Source of the DNA: Enterobacter phage fGh-Ecl02
DNA length: 64,000 nucleotides
Reading direction: 5' to 3' (one strand)
Sequence record: ON212266.1
This document shows positions 1 through 8,905 of the stretch, in pieces. Every line of letters begins with the position of its first letter. The first letter of the stretch is position 1. The translations under genes and the position numbers were made by a program. Below the pieces are notes generated by a model that worked only from the letters and a program-made list of their open reading frames with translations, did no database searches and was not told the origin of the DNA.

Positions 1-444
1 CGTCTGACTATCGGAGACCTTGTACTCCTAACCCGTAACATCCACGACTTCAGTATACCAGGAGTGTACTCCGAAGGCATCGATGGTCCGTCTCCTGGTG
101 ACGTACTGGTTTCTATACCTTCAGAGCGTTTAACCTATGATCCCGTCGTATTTACTTTCGTTATAGACGAGGACTGGAAATCATGGTTACAGATCCACCA
201 ATGGATTACCAGCAACGTCGGCAAGGATTTGCCTGTCAGCAAGGACATTACCATTGAATTGCTGGATAACCTCAACCGACCGATTGGCCTCACTCTCGTG
301 CTGGAGGAAGCCCGCCCGACTGCTTTGGACAACGTACTGGTGGACGTAGACGCGGCTGTACCTCAGCTAGTGACGACAGTGACCTTCAAGTTCCAACAGC
401 TGGTTCCACTATCTGTTGGGAAGGCGATTGATTCTAATCCATGA
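1..444 (+). CDS. hypothetical protein, 5'-truncated (frame open from window start)
   Basis: ORF in frame 1 has no stop from position 1 to 444, so the N-terminus lies upstream of the window. Confidence 0.4.
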   Translation, partial: RLTIGDLVLLTRNIHDFSIPGVYSEGIDGPSPGDVLVSIPSERLTYDPVVFTFVIDEDWKSWLQIHQWITSNVGKDLPVSKDITIELLDNLNRPIGLTLVLEEARPTALDNVLVDVDAAVPQLVTTVTFKFQQLVPLSVGKAIDSNP

Positions 445-486
445 AATGCGGTATAATTCTATGACATTGACAAGCTGGGATATTTT

Positions 487-939
487 ATGAAAGAACAACT
501 ACAGACAATGGCCACCGAGGACATCATGAACGAACTGGAGCCACTGATCACAGTGGACCCAGAAGACATGAACCTTGACCAGATCTCACTGAAAATTGGG
601 CGCTCTTGGATGGCTGTACAGCGGCATTATCTGCGCGAGGGACGTTATCTTGAATTTCTCAACGGGCGCTTCCGCCAAATCGATCTCTATCTGCGCCGCT
701 ACTATGCAGGGGAGTTACCCCCTAACATCTACGCAGATCGCCCCCTGAAGGTTCGCCCCCTGAAGTCTGACCTAGATACATGGGTCAAAGCAGACGATGA
801 CTATGTGGAGTTGTCTGTTCTGTTACAAGAACAAAAAGCAAAAGTCAAGTTCATAGAGACTTGTTTGGATCGCCTGAACAAACTGGGATACGAAGTGAAA
901 AATGCTATTGAATGGAGAAAGTATCTCGATGGTGTATAA
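487..939 (+). CDS. hypothetical protein
   Basis: 150 aa ORF, plus-strand operon context, no recognisable motif. Confidence 0.45.
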   Translation: MKEQLQTMATEDIMNELEPLITVDPEDMNLDQISLKIGRSWMAVQRHYLREGRYLEFLNGRFRQIDLYLRRYYAGELPPNIYADRPLKVRPLKSDLDTWVKADDDYVELSVLLQEQKAKVKFIETCLDRLNKLGYEVKNAIEWRKYLDGV

Positions 940-954
940 CAAGGATCACACATA

Positions 955-1701
955 ATGGCATCTCTCCAGGATCTACGCAAGCTGAATGACTTCGAAAACC
1001 GTCATTACACATTCCAGCAGTACGAACTTCCTTACAAGGAACTGGAGTGTGTGACGACGGAAAACGGTCGTCATTATGTATCGCCGACTGGTGTCAAGCT
1101 GACATCCGTCACGACTATGCTGGGGCGTACTGGTGATCATGAATGGCTTGAGGCTTGGAGGAAGAAGCTAGGTGCAGAGGCCGCCGACCTTGAGACCATG
1201 CGTTGCGCTGACCGAGGGGAGAAGCTGCACCTTGCGTGCGAACTGTATTTGAAGAACCGCCCAATGAAAGAAGTGTTGGAAGCGGCTGGCGAATACATGT
1301 TCATGTTCAAGCAGCTGTTCCCTTACCTGAACAAGATGACAAAGATCTATGCTCAGGAGATCCCATTATATAGCGAGGTGCTTGGTCTTGCAGGTCGAGT
1401 AGACCTTATCGGGATTTATGAGGGTAAACCTGCTATCATCGACTTCAAGACATCGAACACCATGAAGACGCGGGGCATGATCGAGGATTACAGTATCCAG
1501 CTGTGCTTATATTCGGTCATGTTCCAGCAGATGTTCGGCGTCAAGATCACCCGCCTCATCAACGTGATTGCCAACGAGTCTTCCCCTCTACCAACCGTAA
1601 TTGAGTTCAACCGTGATGACATTCTGACAAAGATGTTTGAGCGTGTTCGTCTGTATCATCGCATGGATAAAGAACAAAACGGAGTCTGGCCAGATCACTA
1701 A
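955..1701 (+). CDS. PD-(D/E)XK family nuclease (Cas4/RecB/YqaJ-like exonuclease fold)
   Basis: AAGGA SD upstream. GRVDLIG...IIDFKTS matches the D-x(n)-(D/E)xK catalytic arrangement, with an upstream SVTT motif typical of lambda-exo-like enzymes. Confidence 0.5.
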   Translation: MASLQDLRKLNDFENRHYTFQQYELPYKELECVTTENGRHYVSPTGVKLTSVTTMLGRTGDHEWLEAWRKKLGAEAADLETMRCADRGEKLHLACELYLKNRPMKEVLEAAGEYMFMFKQLFPYLNKMTKIYAQEIPLYSEVLGLAGRVDLIGIYEGKPAIIDFKTSNTMKTRGMIEDYSIQLCLYSVMFQQMFGVKITRLINVIANESSPLPTVIEFNRDDILTKMFERVRLYHRMDKEQNGVWPDH

Positions 1702-1729
1702 ATACCCCATAATTCTTGGGAGATTTTGT

Positions 1730-3238
1730 ATGGCAGACATCCAGATTGTTAAGGTTAACGAAGTCCGCATGCGTTGCATCGCAGATCTTTCTATCAGGGA
1801 AGAACTGAATGACTACTTCAAATTCGAAGACCCGAACTTCGTTCCCAACCCCTTCTCTAAATGGGACGGGGTTGTTCGCTTGTTCGCCAAGTCATCCGGC
1901 CTGATTGATATCGGCCTACTGTTTGAGGTGTTCAAGTTCTGCAAGAACAACAACTACACCATTGAACTGGATCCGGCTCTGAAGTACATTCAGGACATCC
2001 CAGATCAAGAAATCCATGACTTCATCGACAGTCTGCATCCAAAGATCCGCACCGAAAATCACGAATATATCGATGCCGAGACTCGTGACTACCAGTACGA
2101 CACCATCGCCAAGGCTATGCGTCAAACCAGATGCGTCTGTGAACTGGCTACGAGTGCCGGTAAGTCCTTTATTCTGTATGTCATGGCGCGGTACTACAGG
2201 CGACGCAGAGAAGCTCTCGAAAGTCCTCTGAAGACGCTTATCGTGGTGCCGTCAATCCACCTAGTCACTCAGCTGTACGACAACTTCGAAGAGTATGCGC
2301 ATGGCAGTGATTGGAAGCCCGTTGTTAACACCCAGCTGATTTTTGAGGGCGCGACAAAGGAGATCAGCAAACCAATCGTCATCAGTACATGGCAAGGCAT
2401 TCAAGATCAACCGAAGGAATGGTTCCACCAGTTCGGTGATATCGTGGTGGATGAAGTGCACACCTCCAAGTCTGAGAAACTGTCTTACATCCTAAACAAC
2501 TGCATCTATGCCGACCAGCGCCTGGGGGTTACAGGTACGCTGGCGAATACCAAAGTTGCCGGGCTTCAGGTGGTGGCTCACTTCGGGGCGTACCATAAGA
2601 TCATCACGGCTCGCGATCTTATCAATCTCGGGTACGCCACTGACATCAAAGTGAAGATGATTCAGCTGAAGCACACTCCGGCGGATGCTGTTGGTCTGGA
2701 CGGGGATTATTCCAAGGAAATAGAATACCTTATTACACACCAGTCCCGCAACGAACTGATCGCCAAGATGGCACTGAATCTGAAAGGAAACGTGGCCATC
2801 ATGTTCGAGCGTATTGATGGTCACATGATGGTCGTGTATGATATGCTGAGCGCAGTCAAGCCCAACGTGTTTGTCATCAACGGGGAAGTGAAGATCGAAG
2901 ACCGCCGCCGCATACAGAAAGCGATGGAGGATGGAGAGGACATCACCCTGTTGGCATCATACGGGACAATGCAGCAGGGAGTGTCGATCAAGAAGCTACA
3001 CCACCTTGTACTGGCACACCCGAGCAAGTCATATATCCGCGTCATACAGACATTGGGTCGTCTGATGCGTCAGCACTCCTCTAAGGACGTCGCGTGGATA
3101 TGGGACTTAGTGGATGATGCATCGTACAACGCCAGCACGAACCACGCTCTTAGGCACTCTCATGAGCGTTACAAGTTTTACCTGGCAGAGCGCCACCCTG
3201 TGGAGTTCATGAAGGTGGCGCTGGGTAATCACGATTAA
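1730..3238 (+). CDS. uvsW: UvsW-like SF2 DNA helicase (recombination/repair helicase)
   Basis: Track ORF 1637 trimmed to Met32 after the upstream stop, with GGGAG SD. Blocks ELATSAGKSF, TLIVVPS, TWQGIQDQPKEWFHQFGDIVVDEVH and KLHHLVLAHPSKSYIRVIQTLGRLMRQHSSKDVAWIWDLVDD are near-identical to T4 UvsW motifs. Confidence 0.85.
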   Translation: MADIQIVKVNEVRMRCIADLSIREELNDYFKFEDPNFVPNPFSKWDGVVRLFAKSSGLIDIGLLFEVFKFCKNNNYTIELDPALKYIQDIPDQEIHDFIDSLHPKIRTENHEYIDAETRDYQYDTIAKAMRQTRCVCELATSAGKSFILYVMARYYRRRREALESPLKTLIVVPSIHLVTQLYDNFEEYAHGSDWKPVVNTQLIFEGATKEISKPIVISTWQGIQDQPKEWFHQFGDIVVDEVHTSKSEKLSYILNNCIYADQRLGVTGTLANTKVAGLQVVAHFGAYHKIITARDLINLGYATDIKVKMIQLKHTPADAVGLDGDYSKEIEYLITHQSRNELIAKMALNLKGNVAIMFERIDGHMMVVYDMLSAVKPNVFVINGEVKIEDRRRIQKAMEDGEDITLLASYGTMQQGVSIKKLHHLVLAHPSKSYIRVIQTLGRLMRQHSSKDVAWIWDLVDDASYNASTNHALRHSHERYKFYLAERHPVEFMKVALGNHD

Positions 3239-3606
3239 TCTTGATTCACATAGGCGGGGGTGGCCTCGCCTTCATCAGTTACTACACCGAACAATTTGTC
3301 CAGAGAAGCCAGACATTGTGAGTTCAGGTGTTCACTGATCGTATCCTTCAGCATTTGTTCACTACCCAATTTGAATGGCAGAACCTTCGCTTCGATGCCG
3401 TTTTCAAACGTCACAACACCGACATACAGACCAACTTTCAGGCCTGTCATCAACCCCAGAGGGACAAATCGCGGCTCCGATGGTAAGTTCTTGTCTGACG
3501 CCAGCTGTGTCAGATAAACTGGGGTGCCTGTGGTAAATTGATCTGTGGTGAGGTTGGCGTCTGGTTTACTACACCCAACTGCGTATAATCCTACGAACTG
3601 TTTCAT
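3235..3606 (-). CDS. hypothetical protein
   Basis: 123 aa minus-strand ORF with GAGAG SD, divergent from the gene 45 regulatory region. Confidence 0.4.
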   Translation of the reverse strand: MKQFVGLYAVGCSKPDANLTTDQFTTGTPVYLTQLASDKNLPSEPRFVPLGLMTGLKVGLYVGVVTFENGIEAKVLPFKLGSEQMLKDTISEHLNSQCLASLDKLFGVVTDEGEATPAYVNQD

Positions 3607-3950
3607 ATATTACTCTCGTGTGTTGGTTAACATGACATACATATTATTTCGCGTGCATGTTTAGACCAAATAAATTAATTTTGCTGTTGAATAAAAACTG
3701 CTTTCTTGTTGAACAATAGCGTGGTATTATACGAGTTGTGAGCGTTAGCGAACAACGAGTATTTGTTTTATGAGCGAAGCGAATAGGATTAATAAAGATT
3801 ATTATCTTTAATAAAGTCCATAAATGCCGAAGGCATTTATTAATAACGCGTAGCGCAATTTGCCACTTGTTCTATAAGCAAAACACAGCGATACTAGATT
3901 GCGTCAAATATGACTTGAACCCCCCCACTATATTTTGAGGATACATACAA

Positions 3951-4619
3951 ATGCAAGAGATCACTCTCTCCGAACGCACACTTCAGTTGCTGGCTAACTT
4001 TGAGACCATCAACCCATCTATCGTCCTGACACCAGGCAAGATGCTGCGCAGCATTAACGATTCGTCTACTGTTATCGCCGTGGCACAGATCGAAGAAGAC
4101 TTCCCGTTTGAGTTCCCGATTCTGGACCTGACCAAACTTCTGGCCATCCAGCGCCTACCTTCCTTCAAAGGTGCCAAAGCCGAATTCCATCAGGACTACA
4201 TCCTGTTGAAAGGCGAAAGCTCTCAGCTGCAATTCTGGCGTTCTGCTAAAGAACTCACGGTCGTCCCGGCTGATACTATTGAACTGCCGTCTGTTGACTT
4301 TGAAGCTATCATCACTCCAGAGAAGATGAAAGAACTGACCCGCGCCTGTTCTACCCTCGGACACAAGACTGTGCGCTTGGTTGCTCAGGGTGGCAAAACT
4401 CGCCTGGTTGCAACCACCACTACCTTGGATAACTCCAACAACTACACCGTTGAGCTGGGCGAAACCGCGCTGCCGGACTTCGTAATGCCGCTGGATGTTG
4501 CCAACCTGAAAATGATCGAAGGCAACTACACTCTGCGTGCCTGTGCTGATCTACAGATGGTGAACTTCCAATCATCCGACGCGACGATCAATTACTTCGT
4601 CGGCGCACAGATTGAGTAA
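3951..4619 (+). CDS. 45: DNA polymerase sliding clamp (gp45 family)
   Basis: 222 aa, GAGGA SD, T4 gp45-like length and sequence, immediately upstream of the clamp-loader genes. Confidence 0.8.
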   Translation: MQEITLSERTLQLLANFETINPSIVLTPGKMLRSINDSSTVIAVAQIEEDFPFEFPILDLTKLLAIQRLPSFKGAKAEFHQDYILLKGESSQLQFWRSAKELTVVPADTIELPSVDFEAIITPEKMKELTRACSTLGHKTVRLVAQGGKTRLVATTTTLDNSNNYTVELGETALPDFVMPLDVANLKMIEGNYTLRACADLQMVNFQSSDATINYFVGAQIE

Positions 4620-4635
4620 TCAATCTCCAGCCTGA

Positions 4636-4644
4636 TGCTATAAT
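4636..4644 (+). promoter_or_regulatory. extended -10 promoter TGcTATAAT between genes 45 and 44
   Basis: TGnTATAAT consensus. Confidence 0.45.
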
Positions 4645-4699
4645 GTGTGGGCGGGGCGTTCCCCGCCTATTTGAAATGATTCTTCTACACGAGGCTGAA

Positions 4700-5689
4700 A
4701 TGTCTAATATCACTATCGTTTCCGACCAGTACGCATGGGAAAACAAGTACCGCCCTGACAACCTGGACGAGATTATCATCCCTCAAGACGTCCGCGCTAA
4801 AATCCATGGCTACATCACCAGCGGCAACGGCAACATCCCGTCTATGCTGTTCTACTCCCCTCAGCCTGGTACTGGCAAGACTACCTCCGCCCTGGCCGTG
4901 TGTAATGAAATCGGTTGTAAGCAACCACTGATGATCAACGCATCCCTGGACAACAGCATCGACGTTATCCGTGACCGCGTGATTCAGTATTCTACTGGTG
5001 TGAGCGTATTCGGCGGCCGCAAAGTTGTTATCCTTGACGAAGTAGAACGTCTGTCTATGGCGGCACAGGAGTCGCTGAAGGGTATTGTGGAGAAGGTCTC
5101 CAAGAACTGTTCATTCATCCTGACCACCAACGCCAAGCAACGTGTGAACGAACCTCTGCGCTCTCGTTGCCGTGAAATCGACTTTATCTGGAATGAGACC
5201 GAGGCTGATGAGGTAAAACTTCAGTTCATGCGCCGCTGTGCTGAAATCCTTCGCTGCGAAGGTGTTGAGTATGACCCTCCTGTGTTGGCTGCTATTGTCA
5301 AGCGCCATTTCCCCGATAACCGCCGCATCATGGGTGTTCTACAGGATAACGTCACCACTTACGGCAAGATCGACGAACGTGCACTGGCTGTGTTAAAATC
5401 GGCCGATATGGGCATGTTGGTGAATATGTTGAAGGATAATGACTGGGCTGGGATGAAGCAGTGGGTGACCGACAACCAGAACTATATCACTGAAGACTTC
5501 TATTCCCGCTTCTTCCAGTTCTGTGTACCACAGGATAAAGAGAAGCAAATGTTGGTTCAGAATGAGTCTATCCCTGATCTGGTATGCGTATGTGGTCAGT
5601 CTCAGATTGAACACCGTCAAGTCGGCGATGTCTGGCTGCATGCTGTGTTTTTCCTGACCAATGTCATGCTCAACATCAAGTGGAAGTGA
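4700..5689 (+). CDS. 44: clamp loader large subunit (gp44, AAA+)
   Basis: Start moved to Met20 of the track ORF (GAGG SD). ENKYRPDNLDEIIIPQD...YSPQPGTGKTTSA Walker A matches T4 gp44 (EQKYRP...HSPSPGTGKTT). Confidence 0.85.
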   Translation: MSNITIVSDQYAWENKYRPDNLDEIIIPQDVRAKIHGYITSGNGNIPSMLFYSPQPGTGKTTSALAVCNEIGCKQPLMINASLDNSIDVIRDRVIQYSTGVSVFGGRKVVILDEVERLSMAAQESLKGIVEKVSKNCSFILTTNAKQRVNEPLRSRCREIDFIWNETEADEVKLQFMRRCAEILRCEGVEYDPPVLAAIVKRHFPDNRRIMGVLQDNVTTYGKIDERALAVLKSADMGMLVNMLKDNDWAGMKQWVTDNQNYITEDFYSRFFQFCVPQDKEKQMLVQNESIPDLVCVCGQSQIEHRQVGDVWLHAVFFLTNVMLNIKWK

Positions 5690-5693
5690 TATT

Positions 5694-6116
5694 ATGGCCG
5701 CTCTTGGATTGTTCGATTACCTGGCTGCTCTGAACAGCAGCAAAGAAAACCTTTTGCGGTCTGATGACCCAGAAGTGTTGAAAGGATTCGACCCGTTTAT
5801 GACGCGGCGTGGTTTAGCTCAGAGCAAAGACACTCTAGTGGCTGCGCAACAGATGAATAAGCTACATGCTATCACTCCATGGATGCAATGGTCATATGCC
5901 TTTTACACCATTCCGGCTCGGAAACGCTACGACAAATGGTCTAAGAAAGGTCCGATTGATCCTGACGTGAAGTTACTCTCCGAGTACTTCTACATCAGCA
6001 TGGAGAAGGCATCGGAGTACGTCCGTTTCTTGCCGAAGGAAGTCCTGGCCGAAATACGCGAGAAGATGAGACGCACTGAGCTGAACGCCAAAGCGAAACC
6101 GCGCAAGGCTAAGTAG
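5694..6116 (+). CDS. 62: clamp loader small subunit (gp62-like)
   Basis: Position after gp44 and RKRYDKWSK resembling T4 gp62 RGKRYGKWAK. Start at the ATG just after the gp44 stop. Confidence 0.65.
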   Translation: MAALGLFDYLAALNSSKENLLRSDDPEVLKGFDPFMTRRGLAQSKDTLVAAQQMNKLHAITPWMQWSYAFYTIPARKRYDKWSKKGPIDPDVKLLSEYFYISMEKASEYVRFLPKEVLAEIREKMRRTELNAKAKPRKAK

Positions 6117-6145
6117 TTCAAACTATTGTAAAAGGGGAATGAGTC

Positions 6146-6610
6146 ATGGCGCGTAATACGCTAGACATATTGAATATTTCAGCAGTCAACGATGAGGCCA
6201 GCATCGTTGACTGTATGGTTGAAGTTCAATTGAACCAAGATCGGCCAGGTATATTCCTGGGGATCAAGGAAACACTGAGTCGAATTGGGGTAAACACGCG
6301 CCAAGAGCCGAATACTCTGTATCAGACTTGCCATATTCTTCATAAGTGTGGCAAGTATTATATCGTCCACTTTAAGCATCTATTTATGCTGGACGGGCAT
6401 TACAACGGATTTAACCGCGAAGATGTCCTGAGGATGAACCGAATCATCAAGCTGCTGGAGCAGTGGAACATGGTGAAGGTCATTCATCCTGAGCAGGTCA
6501 CCGAAGCCGCCGATATGTCTCGCATTAAAGTGGTTAAACACGATCAGGTTCCTGAATGGAAGCTGGTTCCAAAATACATCATCCGGCCTACGAAGGCAAA
6601 AAGCGAATAA
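6146..6610 (+). CDS. regA: RegA translational repressor
   Basis: YQTCHILHKCGKYYIVHFKHLFMLDG and C-terminal EWKLVPKYIIRP closely match T4 RegA (YQSCHILQKKGLYYIVHFKEM...EWKLVPKYTI). Confidence 0.85.
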   Translation: MARNTLDILNISAVNDEASIVDCMVEVQLNQDRPGIFLGIKETLSRIGVNTRQEPNTLYQTCHILHKCGKYYIVHFKHLFMLDGHYNGFNREDVLRMNRIIKLLEQWNMVKVIHPEQVTEAADMSRIKVVKHDQVPEWKLVPKYIIRPTKAKSE

Positions 6611-6626
6611 CTGGAGTCGCTAAATC

Positions 6627-7499
6627 ATGACAACTACATTTTCTAAGAACGTGAATCTGAATCTGGCTTTCGGTAATGCAAAGGGCGACGTCACATCGCC
6701 CGACTTTGGCAAGATCCGCAATCAGGCGAAACTGGTGCTGGAAGAAACCCGTGAACTGCTGGAAGCGGCGTATTTCGACCACGAGGTGAAAATTGAGTTC
6801 ACTGCATCTCCGCGAGTCCTGAAAGAACCCGTTGTTGTCGACATCAAAGACATTATGCGCCAGATCATGGATGCCCAGGGTGACATCACAACAGTCAACG
6901 ACGGCGTGGCTCATATTGCTGGTTTCGACGGTGACGAATGCCTACAGCGCGTGTATGCCTCTAACATGAGCAAGTTCATTCGTAATGAAGGTGAAGTTGT
7001 GCCTGCACTGGATTACTACTACAACAAAGGCTTCCCACGCGAAAGTCTACGCATCGAAGGGGAATTCCCTCAGGCGTGCATCAAAGTGGTAGACACCATC
7101 ACCGTCGACGGCAAAGAATACCCGGCTGGCAAGTTCCTGAAGAACATGGCAACCTTCAAAGAGCCTGACTTCTCTGATATGTTGACCGCCGAGCCTAAGC
7201 GCCAGATCACCGAAATCATTCTGACAGGTACGGCTACCCCAGGTCGACTCGGATGCAACGAACATGCTGGTGTTGCCTACGCGCCGTTCGATTTTATTGA
7301 CGAGATCGTGGGATACACCAAGATGGGCTTCCAGGCGTTCTCTGGCGAAACAGTCGAGAGCTACATTCCTGTGTTTGTTTTCAATGAAGATAACTTTCCA
7401 ACTCTACCGTTGATCTGGGGTGAATGGAAAGCCAACGTCCGTATCTATGTGGCCAGCCCAGTGCAATCATCTATAACCCAACTGACCCGTATCGATTAA
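6627..7499 (+). CDS. hypothetical protein (possible MazG/HisE-like all-alpha NTP-pyrophosphatase N-terminal region)
   Basis: 290 aa, GGAG SD. N-terminal helical region with a KLVLEETRELLEAA...D...E pattern, assignment weak. Confidence 0.45.
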   Translation: MTTTFSKNVNLNLAFGNAKGDVTSPDFGKIRNQAKLVLEETRELLEAAYFDHEVKIEFTASPRVLKEPVVVDIKDIMRQIMDAQGDITTVNDGVAHIAGFDGDECLQRVYASNMSKFIRNEGEVVPALDYYYNKGFPRESLRIEGEFPQACIKVVDTITVDGKEYPAGKFLKNMATFKEPDFSDMLTAEPKRQITEIILTGTATPGRLGCNEHAGVAYAPFDFIDEIVGYTKMGFQAFSGETVESYIPVFVFNEDNFPTLPLIWGEWKANVRIYVASPVQSSITQLTRID

Positions 7500-7523
7500 G
7501 ATATACGGTTATTCACTAAACAA

Positions 7524-7550
7524 CAGAGGCTATAATGGCCTCTGTTTTCG
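7524..7550 (+). terminator. intrinsic terminator cagaggc-TATAATG-gcctctg + TTTTCG
   Basis: 7-bp GC stem + T-run. Confidence 0.7.
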
Positions 7551-7567
7551 TATTCTAAGAGGATACC

Positions 7568-8791
7568 ATGAAAGATAAACCATATGACATCCCATATTGC
7601 GGTGTCCGTGAAACCAAAATCAAATCAGCCCATCCTATGTTAAGTTCATTCCACCGCCAGCTGGCATATGAATGGATGAGGGATCGTTATGCGATACATG
7701 TCAAGAAGGACGTGCAATGTCTTCCAGCGCCATGGACGGATAATCCGGTATTACGCCAAGTCAAGTTTTGTAACGTGCGGAGAGAGCACGATAGACAGTC
7801 TCGAAATTTGATCAATAATATCATCCTCAATCAGGATCTCACGCTATCTGACAAAATGTTCAACTGTGTATTGTTCCGCATGTACAACATGTGGGAACCT
7901 ATACAGGCTTTGGGTGGTCCATGGACGATCGAAGAATTCGGAAACATAAATCTTGAATGGTGTCGAAATGTTCTTCAGGAATTCGAATCTAAAGGTGGCA
8001 AAGTTTTCACCAATGCGTTTAATACAGGCGGTCTGAAACAATGCCTGGCTTTCCCCGAACTAGTTGTCAACCACAAGGAGCAGTGCTTCGGTGGGATGAT
8101 GGTGAATCTGATCTGTAAAGACGGTTCAACCCAGAACATGGATTACAAGAAAGCCAAGGCCATCGCTGAAGCAGAGCCGGACTTCTACACCATCGAAGGT
8201 TGGGAACCGTACATGCCAATGCGTGTCATCCGCTCCCTGAAGGCATTCGTCAACAAACACCCTCATTACTTTGATCGCCTCAGGGAATTTAGCCGTCCCG
8301 ACTCTGTTTACCAGGCGATGTATGACGACATTGAGGGGCTTGGACCATTCTTGGCATACCAGATTTGGGTTGATTTTACGTACATCGATGAATATCCATT
8401 CAGTGAAAACCACTTCACTATCGCTGGTCCCGGTTGCCGTGCTGGTATCGATCTGTTATTTTTGGACAAGGACGGCATGACGCATGAAGAATGCATATTC
8501 TGGGTTCGTGATCATCAAGATCAATTGTTCGCTCAGTATGGGTATAAACGTAATGAATTTTGGTCGGCAGAAGAACCGGAAGATCGTTGCATGAATGTTA
8601 TGCAGCTGGAGAACATGTTCTGTGAACTTCAGAAATATACCCGCTGCGTTGAGGCGGTGATGCGCGGGGAGAAACCTCGAGGAAAGGTGGGGTATGACGG
8701 GAATGGCAGTGCGTATAAGCAACGTTGTGATGAAGTCGTGCTCAAACGTGGTTCCGTCAATTTGCTGGACCGTTTGAAGAAACCTGAATAA
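7568..8791 (+). CDS. hypothetical protein (407 aa; candidate DNA base-modification enzyme)
   Basis: AGAGGA SD, preceded by a terminator. No confident motif. Sits where T4 has gene 43. Confidence 0.5.
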   Translation: MKDKPYDIPYCGVRETKIKSAHPMLSSFHRQLAYEWMRDRYAIHVKKDVQCLPAPWTDNPVLRQVKFCNVRREHDRQSRNLINNIILNQDLTLSDKMFNCVLFRMYNMWEPIQALGGPWTIEEFGNINLEWCRNVLQEFESKGGKVFTNAFNTGGLKQCLAFPELVVNHKEQCFGGMMVNLICKDGSTQNMDYKKAKAIAEAEPDFYTIEGWEPYMPMRVIRSLKAFVNKHPHYFDRLREFSRPDSVYQAMYDDIEGLGPFLAYQIWVDFTYIDEYPFSENHFTIAGPGCRAGIDLLFLDKDGMTHEECIFWVRDHQDQLFAQYGYKRNEFWSAEEPEDRCMNVMQLENMFCELQKYTRCVEAVMRGEKPRGKVGYDGNGSAYKQRCDEVVLKRGSVNLLDRLKKPE

Positions 8792-8905
8792 AGATTCCCT
8801 TTACTTCGTTCTTCAATAACTCAATCCAGCGTATATTAACCTCACTTAAACGAAGCGCCCTGACAAACGGGGCGCACATTTGAACTGAAACAGGAAGACT
8901 ACATC

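Noticed and set aside
3821-3839. Hairpin TAAATGCC-gaa-GGCATTTA as an intrinsic terminator
   Set aside because: No T-tract on either strand, and it lies upstream (5') of the flanking genes. Retained only as a possible operator within the candidate origin region.
7531-7536. TATAAT hexamers inside hairpin loops (7531, 50590) as promoters
   Set aside because: They are embedded in terminator stems and lack -35 elements. Interpreted as loop sequence of the terminators/repeats.
7568-8791. RNA/DNA ligase assignment based on CKDGS (KxDG-like)
   Set aside because: The candidate motif IV (IEGWEP) lies only 25 residues downstream, incompatible with nucleotidyltransferase spacing.
8800-8837. TTTACT ... 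TATATT upstream of the 672-aa gene as a sixth early promoter
   Set aside because: The spacer is 26 nt, and alternative -35 choices give only 3/6 matches. Not called.
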